Source: Naegleria gruberi (taxonomy: Eukaryota). From it: a stretch of DNA of 64,000 bases. Within the stretch, counting starts at the first letter, position 1; each line of letters begins with the position of its first letter. Of the stretch, positions 1 to 11,148 are shown piece by piece. Under the pieces are notes generated by a model. The model made no database searches, had not been told where the DNA came from, and saw only the letters and a program-made list of their open reading frames with translations. A program made the translations under genes and the position numbers. The DNA is taken from assembly GCA_000004985.1 (NCBI GenBank), contig GG738905.1. One strand, 5' to 3'.

Positions 1-506
1 GATGACAAATAGTTCAACTCTTTCCAATAATGAAGTGACATTACTTTGTTTATTGTTTAATTCACTTTCAGAAAGCTCACTCTGTGATATATTGTAATGA
101 CCTGTCATGACTTTCTTCAAAGAGTTCACATCCAATACCATGAATTTCACATCTTCAAGCTTGTCCCTATGTTTACATATGAGAATTCCAGCACAATCCA
201 ATTTGGTAATAGACATCCATAATTTTACCGCTCAAACTGACTATCTTAGTGAAATAATCTCATCACGATATACTGCCGGCAATTGTGTTAAAATAACACA
301 ATGTTAAAAGTGTGAAATATTGGTTGGTCAATTGGTACATGAAATATAGACCAAGAAATTAGATGTCTTTTCATATATTTTCTGCACTGGAATGTCCATT
401 CAAGGCTTAAAGCGATATTTAGAAGCAATTTTCAAGAATATAAATCTTGTGAGAAAGTATTTAAAAATCTAAAAAGGCAAGTACAATACTTAATGCAAGA
501 GTTGCG

Positions 507-1581
507 TTGCTGAAGTTGGTTCAACACTTACGGCAGCAAATTAATCAAGAAAAAAACAAAGCACTTCTTCAACCATTTACTTGTATATTAGTCATGACTA
601 CTGGTTTATCATTTGTTTTCCAACAAGAGTTATTCGAAAGGAAGGGTTTACATTCGCTTGCAAGTTTTGATTTCTTCTCACCATTGGAAATTGATTTTAC
701 TAACTTGACAGTAGCAGAAATAACAGCTGGCAGTAGATTTCCTCAACTTGTTCAGAATTCAACATCTGTTGCCAATTCTTGCTTCTTTCTAATAATTTAT
801 TCGATTATTACTGCCATTACTGTTCATTTCCTTGTCAAGGCAAAGGATAAGATGATGAGAAATCAAAAGATTTTATTTGGTGTTATGCTCAGTTTCGTCT
901 TTACTCATGCCATTGCCTTGTTCTTTAGATTAATCTATAATTCCACTGGGCTTCATGTGAATCTAAACTATTCGAATATTGATAAGGAAACTGTGATTGG
1001 AAATTTGAAATTAATGTGGGCTACTGCATTCTTGGAGAATGTCATTTCCTTCCTTCAAATGATTCCGTTCAGTTGTTTCTTAATGTCTTTCATTTTGACC
1101 ATCTTGTAAGTTTCACCATGTTTCGAATATATTTTACTGATCGCATGTACATTAGTTTACAAACTGTTGAAAAAGCTGGAGCTATGGGAAGAAAAACATC
1201 CACTGCTTTATTTTGGATTGTCATGGTCATTACTGCTATTGCCATGTTTTTGGCTATTGCCTTGTCAGTGTCCAATGGTACAGTCAACTTGCTTCTCAAG
1301 ATTCAAGAAATCAGATTTGATGTGACACCAATCTATTTGTCCTTATTCGTCTTGTATCTTTCCATCATTGCCACTGAAATAGTTATCTTCTTGGCAAGTG
1401 GTATTCGTTTAGTTTATGTTATCAGAAAGAATTCATTGAATACTTCACAAGTCCAACATAAGAACTCCTTGGTTGCCTTCATGAATCGTCCATATACAAA
1501 GATTGTTGGTTTAATTACTGGTATCTTGCTTTGCCAATTATTTGCTGTCCTTTCCATTGTTTCGTCCATTTCACCTCACTC
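507..1581 (+). CDS. Polytopic membrane protein, 5' end uncertain and 3' end cut by the assembly gap. Exons are about 507..1105 and 1156..1581+.
   Basis: Two ORFs (507..1109, 1016..1636) are joined by a 50-nt GTAAGT...TAG intron with the correct phase. The translation is a run of hydrophobic helices. The ORF runs into the N gap at 1582. The track start is a TTG and there is no obvious upstream ATG. Confidence 0.4.
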
Positions 1582-1631
1582 NNNNNNNNNNNNNNNNNNN
1601 NNNNNNNNNNNNNNNNNNNNNNNNNNNNNNN
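1582..1631. other. Assembly gap (50 N)
   Basis: A run of exactly 50 N. Confidence 0.99.
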
Positions 1632-1765
1632 ATTGAATAGACAATCCAGAGCTATTGATGAAAAATTGGTTACTTCTCCAGATAATAGTCAATCAGTACT
1701 TAGTAATAATAATGAAGAAGAAAAAGTGTAATATAGTAAAATATTATTTCAAACAAACTAAAATT

Positions 1766-1856
1766 TGCCGACACCAGGGATCGAACCAGGGACCTTAAGA
1801 TCTTCAAGATTCAATGGCTTATTAGACCAACGCTCTCCCAACTGAGCTATGTCGGC
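1766..1856 (-). tRNA. tRNA-like gene. It is probably tRNA-Ile (anticodon loop CTAATAA, i.e. AAT) carrying an 18-nt intervening sequence inside the 3' side of the anticodon stem. It may be a pseudogene.
   Basis: The reverse complement reads GCCGACA TA GCTC AGTTGGGA GAGC G TTGGT CTAATAA GCCA[ttgaatcttgaagatctt]A AGGTC CCTGG TTCGATC CCTGG TGTCGGC A. It has a perfect 7-bp acceptor stem, a canonical D-arm and a TTCGATC T-loop. The insert is not at the canonical 37/38 position, and the T-stem has one T:T mismatch. Confidence 0.55.
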
Positions 1857-2110
1857 TTCTTGAAATTTAAGATATTTAATAAGCAATATACTAAGCATCG
1901 TTATATGTCTTTGCTTACTAATTCAACATTTCTCTTTCATAGTCTTCCTTCATTCTTTTAAAGTAGTGTCATTGAGTTCTAAGCTGTCACGTTCCTCACT
2001 TATGTAACACTATGAAATGATTGTAACCTTGGAACTTTAAGTTCCCAATGCAATTTGAAATTAAAATTTACTAATTGTCAGCACTAAACGTTCTCAACCA
2101 ATCAAAAAAA

Positions 2111-3280
2111 ATGGCCAAACGTAAAATAAGTCTGCCCAACGAAATTTTGATTGAAATTTTTCAATTTTTAGAATCATCATTTGTTGTTAACAGTTGTATG
2201 CTCATTTCCAAGAAGTGGTACAAAATCATTTTTAACCAAGTAAAGACACTTTCTTGTGAATTGACATTTCATGACCAGGAGAAGATCGATCGCCTTGTGA
2301 AAAGTCCATGGCTACATAATATTTCAAAGATTAAATTAAGAGCTTGTGATGACTATTTGGAATCAATCAAGGGATTGATGGAAATATTGAAAAGTTACGA
2401 TCAATTACGTAGTGTTGATATTGGTTATTGTTATATTGGAAATAGTCAAACAATTAGTGAAATGAAACAGTTAACATCACTTGATATTGATAATAATTGT
2501 GTGGACGAGCAAGGAGTAAAATTAATTGGTGAATTGCATAATTTGACAAGACTGAACATTGGTTGTAATAGAATTGGCTTGGAAGGTTTCAAATCAATTA
2601 GTGGAATGAAACAGATGAGAGATCTTAATGTCAGTAGTAGTGGTGCTGGAGTAGAAGGAGCTAAATTAATGAGTCAATTGAAACATTTAACAAAGTTTAA
2701 TATTAGTGGAAATGAAATTGGTGAAGAAGGTGCTAAATCGATTGGTGAATTGAAATGGTTAACAATGCTTGACATTTGTAGTAATCAAATTGGTGCAGAA
2801 GGTGCCAAGTCAATTAGTCAATTGGAACGTTTAACAAAGCTATATATTAGTGGTAATGGAATTGGACCAGAAGGAGCTCAATCGATTAGTCAATTGAGTC
2901 ATTTAACGACACTGTTTATTGGTGGTAATCAAATCGGTTCAAAAGGATCCAAATCAATTAGTCAACTGAAACGGTTAACAATTCTGTATATTGATTCTAA
3001 TGAAATTGGTTCTGAAGGAGCAAATTCAATTAGTCAATTGTCAAATTTAAAAGAGCTTTATATTAGTGACAATCAAATTGGTGACGAAGGAGCCAAATCA
3101 ATTAGTCAATTGAAACATTTAACAACACTTGAAATTCTTCGTAATGAAATTGGTGATCAAGGAGCCAAATCAATTAGTCAACTGAAACAATTAACAAGAC
3201 TCCATATAAGTTGCAATCGAATTGGAGATCAAGGAGCAAAATTACTTAATCGAATGAAAATTAATTCTCTAATAAATTAA
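2111..3280 (+). CDS. F-box protein with RNI-type leucine-rich repeats
   Basis: There is an AAAAAAAATGG start context. The N-terminal F-box reads LPNEILIEIFQFL. About 12 regular 28-aa repeats of the form LxxLxIxxNxIGxEGAKxIxxL follow, like ribonuclease-inhibitor LRRs. Confidence 0.7.
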   Translation: MAKRKISLPNEILIEIFQFLESSFVVNSCMLISKKWYKIIFNQVKTLSCELTFHDQEKIDRLVKSPWLHNISKIKLRACDDYLESIKGLMEILKSYDQLRSVDIGYCYIGNSQTISEMKQLTSLDIDNNCVDEQGVKLIGELHNLTRLNIGCNRIGLEGFKSISGMKQMRDLNVSSSGAGVEGAKLMSQLKHLTKFNISGNEIGEEGAKSIGELKWLTMLDICSNQIGAEGAKSISQLERLTKLYISGNGIGPEGAQSISQLSHLTTLFIGGNQIGSKGSKSISQLKRLTILYIDSNEIGSEGANSISQLSNLKELYISDNQIGDEGAKSISQLKHLTTLEILRNEIGDQGAKSISQLKQLTRLHISCNRIGDQGAKLLNRMKINSLIN

Positions 3281-3701
3281 CAAAAAAGCATTGGGAAATA
3301 AATTCAAACCAAATTTTGATAATAATAAAATATCAAAGTGACAATTAGAAATTAATGTCAAAACACCTCACTAATTTTGGACGAATTCAAACACATCTAT
3401 ACAAATATATTTTCAAATTATATTATAATTTGATCAAACACATTGGTAATTGTGCATTTCAATAATTTCTCAATAACACTATCAATTTAATATGTGTGGA
3501 ATAGTTTCAAGTGACTTGTCAATAGACCGAAGAGGAATGGAGGAACTGTATTTTCACATCACAAATAATGCAAAGAAAACAACCCAACTTTAAAAAAGGT
3601 AGTATGTTCTCCCTTTGTTTCCAAATAATAATAATGATTCAATCGGAATCTTAACAACAAGTATTAACGAGGAACCTCTTTTATTACAACAAGAAAAAAA
3701 A

Positions 3702-5321
3702 ATGGACGACGGAATTGATTCAACAAGAGAAGTGCAAGTCTTGAAGGAAGTAGGCTTGAATGCGGATCAAATTTTCCAACTCTTGATGGAGAAGGAAAAG
3801 ACAAGGCAAATAGAATTGGAAATTGTACTCGTGGAAAAGAAGAGAAAATTCTCTGATAACACTACTTCGGATGATGGAGTATTAACAGAATGGAAAAAGA
3901 AAAAACTAAATGAATTATCATCAAGAGCTTTATGTGGGGATGTTTGGATTAATATTTTGGAATTTCTTCCAGGCGTTGAAGGGTTTCGTATGGTGATGCT
4001 TTCTAAACAAGTAATGAGAGCAACAAAACACTTAACTAGAATTGAATTTGACAAACGTGTTAAATCGAGTAGATTAGAAGACTTTATATGTTCTTCACAG
4101 TTTAAGCATATTCAAACCTTGAACATTAACTATACTATTACACAGCCAATGTTTAATATCTTGATAAGGAATTGTGAAAATCTCAAAACATTGACAGTTG
4201 TAGTACCTGATGGTTTTGTTCTTGGCATCCCTAATTCAAACTGTAGTGTGAAAAATTTACGAACTTTACAACTTTCAACGGAATCACTCAACAAAGCCTA
4301 TTTAGAATCGCTCAACTCTTATTTGTTCAACCTCGAAGATTTAAAGTTACCATCATTTAAATCAAAACTTGCTTCTGACTTTCTTAACACCTGCACTAAA
4401 AATATTCGAGTATTAGAAATTGATAAGGTTAATTTCGACTTGGACCCAAAGGACTATCTGCCCAATTTGAAATCTCTGAAAATTCGACGCTTGATATGTA
4501 ATATGAAGATCTTTCTTTCATTTTTTGAAATCAAGACTTTAACTTCACTAAATATGTCCCTTGACAGTTTAAATAATGATGAAGGGTTTACAGAAACAAA
4601 TACTATAATTGAATCCAAGTTGGAATACTTGAAGTTGAATATCACTGGCATGCTTACTGATATAATTTGTAAATATCAATTTCCCAATCTTGAGTGCCTT
4701 TCACTCACTCCTGAATTAACGATGAATTCTGCAACTTCTTTAGGGACCAACTCCAGCTTAGCGAATTTAAAAACGTTGGAACTTTTCGAAACTAGCATTG
4801 ATGAATTGAAAGCGTTATGTAGCTCTATTTATCTTAAGAAGTTAACATCTCTTACTGTAGATTACGAAGATATTCGTGATATCGTTTGTGGTCTAGATTA
4901 TATAACACAATCAGAATCGTTTTCCAATCTATATAACTTGCAATTTTTTGGAAATAATGTAAATTTGGATTTATTTTCCTCCGTTTCTAAATTTTCCAAA
5001 CTCAGATTATTATACCTATATGATCCCGATATTAATTCACTTATTAATTTATCCAAATCCACACATTTTCCACATTTAAGAAAATTAAGGATCTACCTTA
5101 GCGAAATTGTTCCAACCAATTTCCTTGAAAATATTGCTAATAATGAATCATTTCGTAAATTGTTCTATTTAGGCATATGTCTTAATGATGAACAAGTTCC
5201 AATACTAGTTAATGCCAAATATTTCAAATTGAAAAACTTGACAATTTATGGCAAATATGTTACCAATGTAGGAGCTAAAATATTACAGGACCACAACATT
5301 AACTTTGAATTTGACGAATAA
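3702..5321 (+). CDS. F-box-like / LRR protein
   Basis: The start context is A-rich. The F-box-like segment reads WINILEFLPGVEGFRMVMLSKQVM. Irregular Leu-rich repeats (LxxLxLxx) follow through the rest of the 540-aa ORF. Confidence 0.55.
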   Translation: MDDGIDSTREVQVLKEVGLNADQIFQLLMEKEKTRQIELEIVLVEKKRKFSDNTTSDDGVLTEWKKKKLNELSSRALCGDVWINILEFLPGVEGFRMVMLSKQVMRATKHLTRIEFDKRVKSSRLEDFICSSQFKHIQTLNINYTITQPMFNILIRNCENLKTLTVVVPDGFVLGIPNSNCSVKNLRTLQLSTESLNKAYLESLNSYLFNLEDLKLPSFKSKLASDFLNTCTKNIRVLEIDKVNFDLDPKDYLPNLKSLKIRRLICNMKIFLSFFEIKTLTSLNMSLDSLNNDEGFTETNTIIESKLEYLKLNITGMLTDIICKYQFPNLECLSLTPELTMNSATSLGTNSSLANLKTLELFETSIDELKALCSSIYLKKLTSLTVDYEDIRDIVCGLDYITQSESFSNLYNLQFFGNNVNLDLFSSVSKFSKLRLLYLYDPDINSLINLSKSTHFPHLRKLRIYLSEIVPTNFLENIANNESFRKLFYLGICLNDEQVPILVNAKYFKLKNLTIYGKYVTNVGAKILQDHNINFEFDE

Positions 5322-5369
5322 ACCAGAACTTTACAATAGATCTGCTTACAACACCAATGTTTAAAAAAA

Positions 5370-6551
5370 ATGGGAACCAAACCATCACGTACCTCCAAAT
5401 CAGACGCCACTTCGGATGTCATGTTAATACAAAACAATAATAATATTCAACAGGCTTCAACTCGAAAAAGAGAAAAAGTTCTAATACTTGGTCCCTCCGA
5501 TTCTGGTAAATCCACACTATTCCACATGTTGAAACTAATAACTTCGGGACATGACGTTGATGCAAAATTTGAAAATAATTTGCGAATTGTCAGCTCGTGG
5601 GTTATTGAGAGAATTTGGGAAGCGATGGGAGAGCAAGAGCGTAATCACTTGAAAGATCTCATCCCTGAACTGAGATCAGTATTCGAAAATACAGAAGATG
5701 CTAATTTAGCTACTGAATTGCAGAACAGAGATGATTGTTGCGAAATACTGGTCACTCTTTGGAAAATTCCATTCTTTAGAGAGTTCTACGAATCGGTGTG
5801 GAGCAGAGATGGAATTTCAATGTTCGAAAATGTCAAGGAATTAGTCTCAAGAATTGAACACAAAAAAAGCTTTTCTCCATATTCATTGGTACATTGCAGA
5901 ACAACAGGAATATTATCATACGAAACGATGGGAAAAAACACTGAAATTGAAGTGATCGATGTTGGAGGAAGGAGAAATGAAAGAAAGAAATGGATTCATT
6001 GCTTTGAGGATACACATACATTAATTTACATGGTTTCTCTTTCAGAATTTAATCAAACTTTAATAGAAGATAACAGTACTCGTAGAATGGATGAATCTCT
6101 ATCCCTAATTAGTGAAGTAATGAATTCCAGATGGTTCGTTGGTCTGCGTAAAATAATTCTCTTTGTAAAACCGGATATTCTATGCAAAAAATTGGAAAAT
6201 GGAGTGAAATATGGTGGAGAACTCAATCCTAATATTTTACCAGAGCTAGACAGAATTGCTGACCATTATCTTAAACTAGTTATCAACTCGATCATTACAG
6301 AATTCTTCAAGAAAATCGATAGAACTACGATTGATTCCTATCATATTGTTAATAATACCTCAGAAGATGATATCAAATCCGTTTGTGAAATGATCTTTGG
6401 AGAGAGATCAGCTCAAAAAACAACCTTCATCTCACCCTGTATCATACCTGCCAACAATCGAATGATACTATGCCTCTTCAACATTTGTCTGCAAGAAAAA
6501 TTGACAGATATTCAAATCATTACTTCCAACGAAGAAGAAAATTACTACTAA
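5370..6551 (+). CDS. Divergent heterotrimeric G-protein alpha-subunit-like protein
   Basis: The N-terminus MGTKPS resembles a myristoylation site. The P-loop is LILGPSDSGKST. Switch I reads RTTGI. The block DVGGRRNERKKWIHCFEDTHTLIYMVSLSEF aligns to Galpha DVGGQRSERKKWIHCFE, but the catalytic Gln is replaced by Arg. ILFVKPD stands in place of LFLNKKD. A DSYHIVNNTS block replaces the TCATDT guanine-contact motif. Confidence 0.75.
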   Translation: MGTKPSRTSKSDATSDVMLIQNNNNIQQASTRKREKVLILGPSDSGKSTLFHMLKLITSGHDVDAKFENNLRIVSSWVIERIWEAMGEQERNHLKDLIPELRSVFENTEDANLATELQNRDDCCEILVTLWKIPFFREFYESVWSRDGISMFENVKELVSRIEHKKSFSPYSLVHCRTTGILSYETMGKNTEIEVIDVGGRRNERKKWIHCFEDTHTLIYMVSLSEFNQTLIEDNSTRRMDESLSLISEVMNSRWFVGLRKIILFVKPDILCKKLENGVKYGGELNPNILPELDRIADHYLKLVINSIITEFFKKIDRTTIDSYHIVNNTSEDDIKSVCEMIFGERSAQKTTFISPCIIPANNRMILCLFNICLQEKLTDIQIITSNEEENYY

Positions 6552-6704
6552 TTCACATTGATCAGCATTTAATTCATACCATCATTGTACCAATAATATT
6601 CAAAACTATTCACTTCACAATAATTATTCCACACTTTCATCATTTCAACAAGTTTTTTATTTTCAATTCAACAAAAAAATTTACATCACCAAAAACACAA
6701 TAAA

Positions 6705-7472
6705 ATGGTCAATAACAAGAAGAATAACAAGAAAACATCAGCCATTGCTTCCGAAGTTGCTGGATCATCATCAAAACCATCATCAAAGAAGACCACCACA
6801 ACAGCTCCTCCAGCAGCTCCTGTTGCTACAGAAGTAGTAGTTGAAAAAGTAGAAAAAGCCACACCAACAACAACAACAATAGAAAAGAAGCAAACAAAGA
6901 AGGCAACAACAACTAAAACAACACAAGAAAAGAAGAATCCTGATGTTGCTGCTGATAAGAAGAGAAAATTGGATCAAGTTGTTGAAGAACCAGCTAAAAA
7001 GAAGGAAGAAACAAAGTCTTCTGCAGTAGTTGTTGAAAAATCATCAAAGAAACAAAAGAAAGAAACAAAGCCAGCAGTTGTTGTTGAAGAACCAAAGGAA
7101 GAAGAAGAAACTGAAGTTGTTGTTGAAGATGAAAAGGAAGAAAAGAAAAAGAACAAACGTAAGGAAGCCAAAACTGATATTGAAGTCACACTGAGAAAGG
7201 AAGATATTACAATGAGTGAAGAGGAATTTAAAAAGTGTTTCCATGATGCTGTGAAAATATATAGAGGATCCAAACGATGTGTTATTGTGCATTTGAGAGA
7301 TTCCGCTCAATTGGAAAAGTATTTGAGCAAGGAAGGTGAGGATGGTTCATTAATTCCATTGAATAAGAATTTTGTTGAAGTTGGAGGAAAGATTTTTGAA
7401 GTTAAGAGAGCTAAGGTGAAGGATGTTAAGAGAATTGCTAAAAAGAAGGCTGCTTGGGATAGTTTTAAATAA
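6705..7472 (+). CDS. Lys/Glu/Thr-rich basic protein with a small C-terminal globular domain, probably nuclear
   Basis: The start is A-rich. About 160 aa of KKxxE low complexity precede a C-terminal segment without repeats. I recognise no domain confidently. Confidence 0.45.
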   Translation: MVNNKKNNKKTSAIASEVAGSSSKPSSKKTTTTAPPAAPVATEVVVEKVEKATPTTTTIEKKQTKKATTTKTTQEKKNPDVAADKKRKLDQVVEEPAKKKEETKSSAVVVEKSSKKQKKETKPAVVVEEPKEEEETEVVVEDEKEEKKKNKRKEAKTDIEVTLRKEDITMSEEEFKKCFHDAVKIYRGSKRCVIVHLRDSAQLEKYLSKEGEDGSLIPLNKNFVEVGGKIFEVKRAKVKDVKRIAKKKAAWDSFK

Positions 7473-7652
7473 ACTACTAGGTTATTAACTTGTTGATTTG
7501 AATTATCTCTCTTAGCTCAATCTCATGCTGTACACTTTTGTGGAGCTAACTTGTGGTAGATTGTAACATTTGACAAGTCAAGGAATAATGAACTCTGTCC
7601 AAATATTGTAAAAGAAAAATGGGTTTTTGCCTTTTAAAAACAAGTAAAAAAA

Positions 7653-8735
7653 ATGAAAATACATCTCTTGAGTGATTTGCACATTGAACACTTCCCAGAC
7701 TTGGCCCAATTCCAAGACATGTACAAGGAACGATACGGAAATGAACTTTTGGAAAATAACAATCAAGCAAATGTTCTGGTTCTTGCTGGTGATATCGGAA
7801 ATGTTAAAAAGGTAGGCTATCAGCAATTCCTAGTCAAAGCCTCTGCGCTCTATGAACACGTCATTATTGTGGGAGGAAATCATGAATTTTATGGGAATGA
7901 ATATTTCGAATGTATGGCCAAGATGAAGGAGATTTGTAAGGAGGTTGGTGAGAATGTTCACTTTCTGGATAAATCAAAGGTGGAAATTGTGGATTCTGAG
8001 ACGAAGGAGGTATATGTTTTTGTAGGAGCTATTTTATGGTCGAATATTCCAGAAGAATCTCAACTCTATGTGGAATCTGTAGGTTTTTTCGAATGAAATA
8101 TTTATTTTGGAATGTCATTAATTTGAAATAATTTTTAATAGGCAATGAATGATTATCGATTGATTAAAATTAAGGAAAGTGGAGCCGATTCTGCAACCTT
8201 GTTGAGGACTAAACATACTGTTCAAATGTTCAAGGAAGAATCAGAATATATCAAACAAGAAATTGAAAAGGCAAAAATTAATCAACAAAAGGTAATTGTT
8301 GTTTCACACAATGCACCTTTGAATAGAGGAGTGAGTGCTCCACAATTCGAAACTGTAGATAATGGTTCAACAAGGAGTTTAAATTATGCCTTTGCTACTG
8401 ACCTGAGCTCAATCATGGATGATCACGTAATTGCTTGGCTATTTGGCCATACTCACTATAGCTCTCTTCAAAAGTTCAATAATACCATTGTTGCTAGTAA
8501 TCAATTGGGATATTTGAGAGGATTTTCAAAAGAGGAGAATAGTTACAAAGTAGATTGGATTCTCGATACCAATAACTTGAATCTTGCATCAATCCCAAAG
8601 TTTGTTCCCTATCCACCAAAATCACAAACTCAAACTACCAACGCTTCTGGAGCTTCTTCATCTGAAACCGTAAATAGCAATTCATCATCCAATCCTTCTA
8701 AATTTTCTAATATTTTGAGTTTCTTTAAGAAATAA
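7653..8735 (+). CDS. Calcineurin-like metallophosphoesterase. Exons are about 7653..8078 and 8142..8735.
   Basis: The metallophosphatase motifs are present: LSDLHIEH (DxH), VLAGDIGN (GDxxD), GGNHEF (GNHE), and GHTHY in exon 2. The intron is GTAGGT...AATAG with phase 0. Confidence 0.75.
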
Positions 8736-9439
8736 GAAACATTGTAATATATTGTACAGTTATTATTTAAAAAGTAGTTTCGTGGAATTGTTTTAATTTC
8801 TTATTGAGAGGTCTATAAATCTCTTCAACAACAGAAATTTTTGGAGCAAAGCTTGCTGAGGTTGAGTAAATCTCCCAAAGGAAACCCTTCTTTACCAATA
8901 CTTGTGGAGGAGGAAAGCTCAATGACATTGCTTTCAAAAAGTTGAGAACCATGGTTGGAGTTTTCAAACAGCGTTCCCAAGAAACTTGTTTCGATCATAG
9001 TAGGGAATTTCATTGGGTGAGGAGTTCTTTCCGGTAGTCGGCTCGAAATAAGTGTTCTGCCATTTTTTTAAAAGATTTTGGCGCCAAATTTGTGTTCATT
9101 TGATTAAGGTAAAGTGTAACTGTGTTGTAAAGTTATTCGAAATGTTATTGGAAAGTGAAAAAAGTACCTTATCCTTTTTCACAGTAGTGAATTTAAAATG
9201 CTTTTCACTAACGGCGAAATTGTCCATGATTGCTAACTCTAATCCAAATACAACGATTAAATCATTGTTGTTTAGGCAACTTTCGTTTTATCATGCTCCA
9301 AATAAAATTTTTTCATTTCATTCAGGTTCATCCACAAATTCCTTTCCAAGACCCATTATTTTAAAAATGGACAAGGCATCATATCAATAATTCGTTTAGA
9401 ATAGATGAACACTGAAAATCTAATAACATACAAAAAAAA

Positions 9440-11038
9440 ATGGCCAAATCACCCTATCCACCAATTCCACTCTTTAATCTTACCGAAGCCTTTGTGATAA
9501 ACTCAACAAATCATCTCTATGTTCCATTCGAATCTACCACTTTATCCATTGTAGACACTGTCATCATGTCAATATTCATTTTAGCTCATATCGTTGCCAT
9601 CATTTTGGCGTTTACCTTTCTCAGAGTTGGATACTTGATGAAAAAACAAAAAGAAGAAGTGCAAGTAGTATTGAAGAATGTTCAATCGACAAAGGAACAA
9701 TTTTCACCAAATCGACAATCAACGAAACATGTTTCACATTCGACAGCAAATATTGGAACACCGACTGTGAATCATCAGGAGAGTAGTGATGTTTTGGGAA
9801 ATGGTAGTACTACTACTGTTGAATTATTGGAAGTGAATAATGTTAGTGGTATAAGCCTGTCACCTGCCGTGAATGGTAATCATTTGGATAGTGGAAGTTT
9901 GCAAATTAATAGAAATAATAGAACAATGTCGAATTCTAGTGATGTGCAGAATTCATCAACTTCATTCTCTACTACACCTGGATCTGTTTTGTTGAATGTT
10001 GGTGAAGAAGTTCATAATAAGGATAATGTTTCAGTTTCGTCCAATACAAAAATAAGACATTCCACCAGATTGGCAGTAAGCCAACATGCAAATCATCATC
10101 AAATGGATAGCGATGGAATGTCAAAGAATCAGAGGATTTTATTCATTCTTTTACTCTTCTTACTCTTCTTTCAAATGACAAGTTTACTTTTATTGATTAT
10201 TCACCATGCATTGAATTTCAGTGGACACGCTATGATTGATGATTATATTTTAAAAAGGAATAATGATATTGCTTCGGGAATCATTAGTGAATCATCTCCT
10301 ATTGAGCTGGTTCCTAGTAGGGAGTTTAGAATTGCAGACAGATTTGTTGGAATGTTTCAGGCGATTGTTGGAGCTTCATGTTATTTGATTATCCTGTACA
10401 TTTTATGTTTTATTGAAACAGTTTTGTAAGTCATTTGAATTCTAAAGATTGTTCTAAAATAACACATCCAAAATTAAAGCATCCAGACGGTTCAGAAAAC
10501 TGGAACCATGTCAAAGAAGACTGCAAAGATTATTACCACTATTTCTGTAATTGTTACCATTATTACAACCTCTTTAATCTTTGTGAGTATTGTATCCTCC
10601 TGTGTCATGATTCTCCTCGTAAAATCAGGAGTTATTACGGATGATGAGCTTTCTGCCAGTTTACCAGGAGCTGCCTTATTCATTTTCCAAGTTGTCTTTC
10701 ACAACGTCATTTTCAACGTTGTTGGATTTAAGGTACTGAGAACGATTCGTCAATATTCTTCCAAGCTCAACAGACAATCCAGTGAACGACCATTCTATAG
10801 AGTTATTATTTTACAGATAGGATTGACCATTTTTACAATCATTCACTTGTTGGGAGCTGTTTGCTTGGCTCTGTATCCTTCATGGGAATTTTTCGATGCA
10901 ATTTCATTTGCATTTTCTTCAATCGCAATTCTAGGATATACCACAATAATATTCTTCCTCTATAGACCATTATTTAAGGATGCTAGAATTCAAGCTAGGG
11001 AAATGAAGAAACTCATATCAGAAACTCAACATGACTAA
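9440..11038 (+). CDS. Multi-pass membrane protein with a Ser/Asn-rich loop. Exons are about 9440..10425 and 10480..11038.
   Basis: The start is A-rich. Hydrophobic helices flank a Ser/Asn/Thr-rich segment. A putative 54-nt GTAAGT...AAAG intron joins the two ORFs in frame. The C-terminal exon contains several more TM helices. Confidence 0.45.
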
Positions 11039-11148
11039 TGTCAAGAAGTGTATTCTTGATACTATAATATTAAATCTTTTAATATTCATTTAGGAAATTG
11101 TAAAACTCAACAACGAAATTATTCAAAAAAAAATCAAACACTTGAGAA

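Noticed and set aside
6783-7310. Three antisense ORFs (6783..6977, 6974..7273, 7044..7310) full of Cys/Phe/Ser
   Set aside because: They are the complement of the AAG/GAA/ACA-rich low-complexity coding region of the Lys/Glu/Thr-rich gene at 6705..7472. They have no start context and are composition artefacts.
8767-9420. Minus-strand ORFs 8767..8967 and 8825..9013 and plus-strand ORF 9052..9390
   Set aside because: These are short, mutually overlapping frames with no recognisable motif and no A-rich ATG context. They may be fragments of a spliced gene but I cannot support a model.
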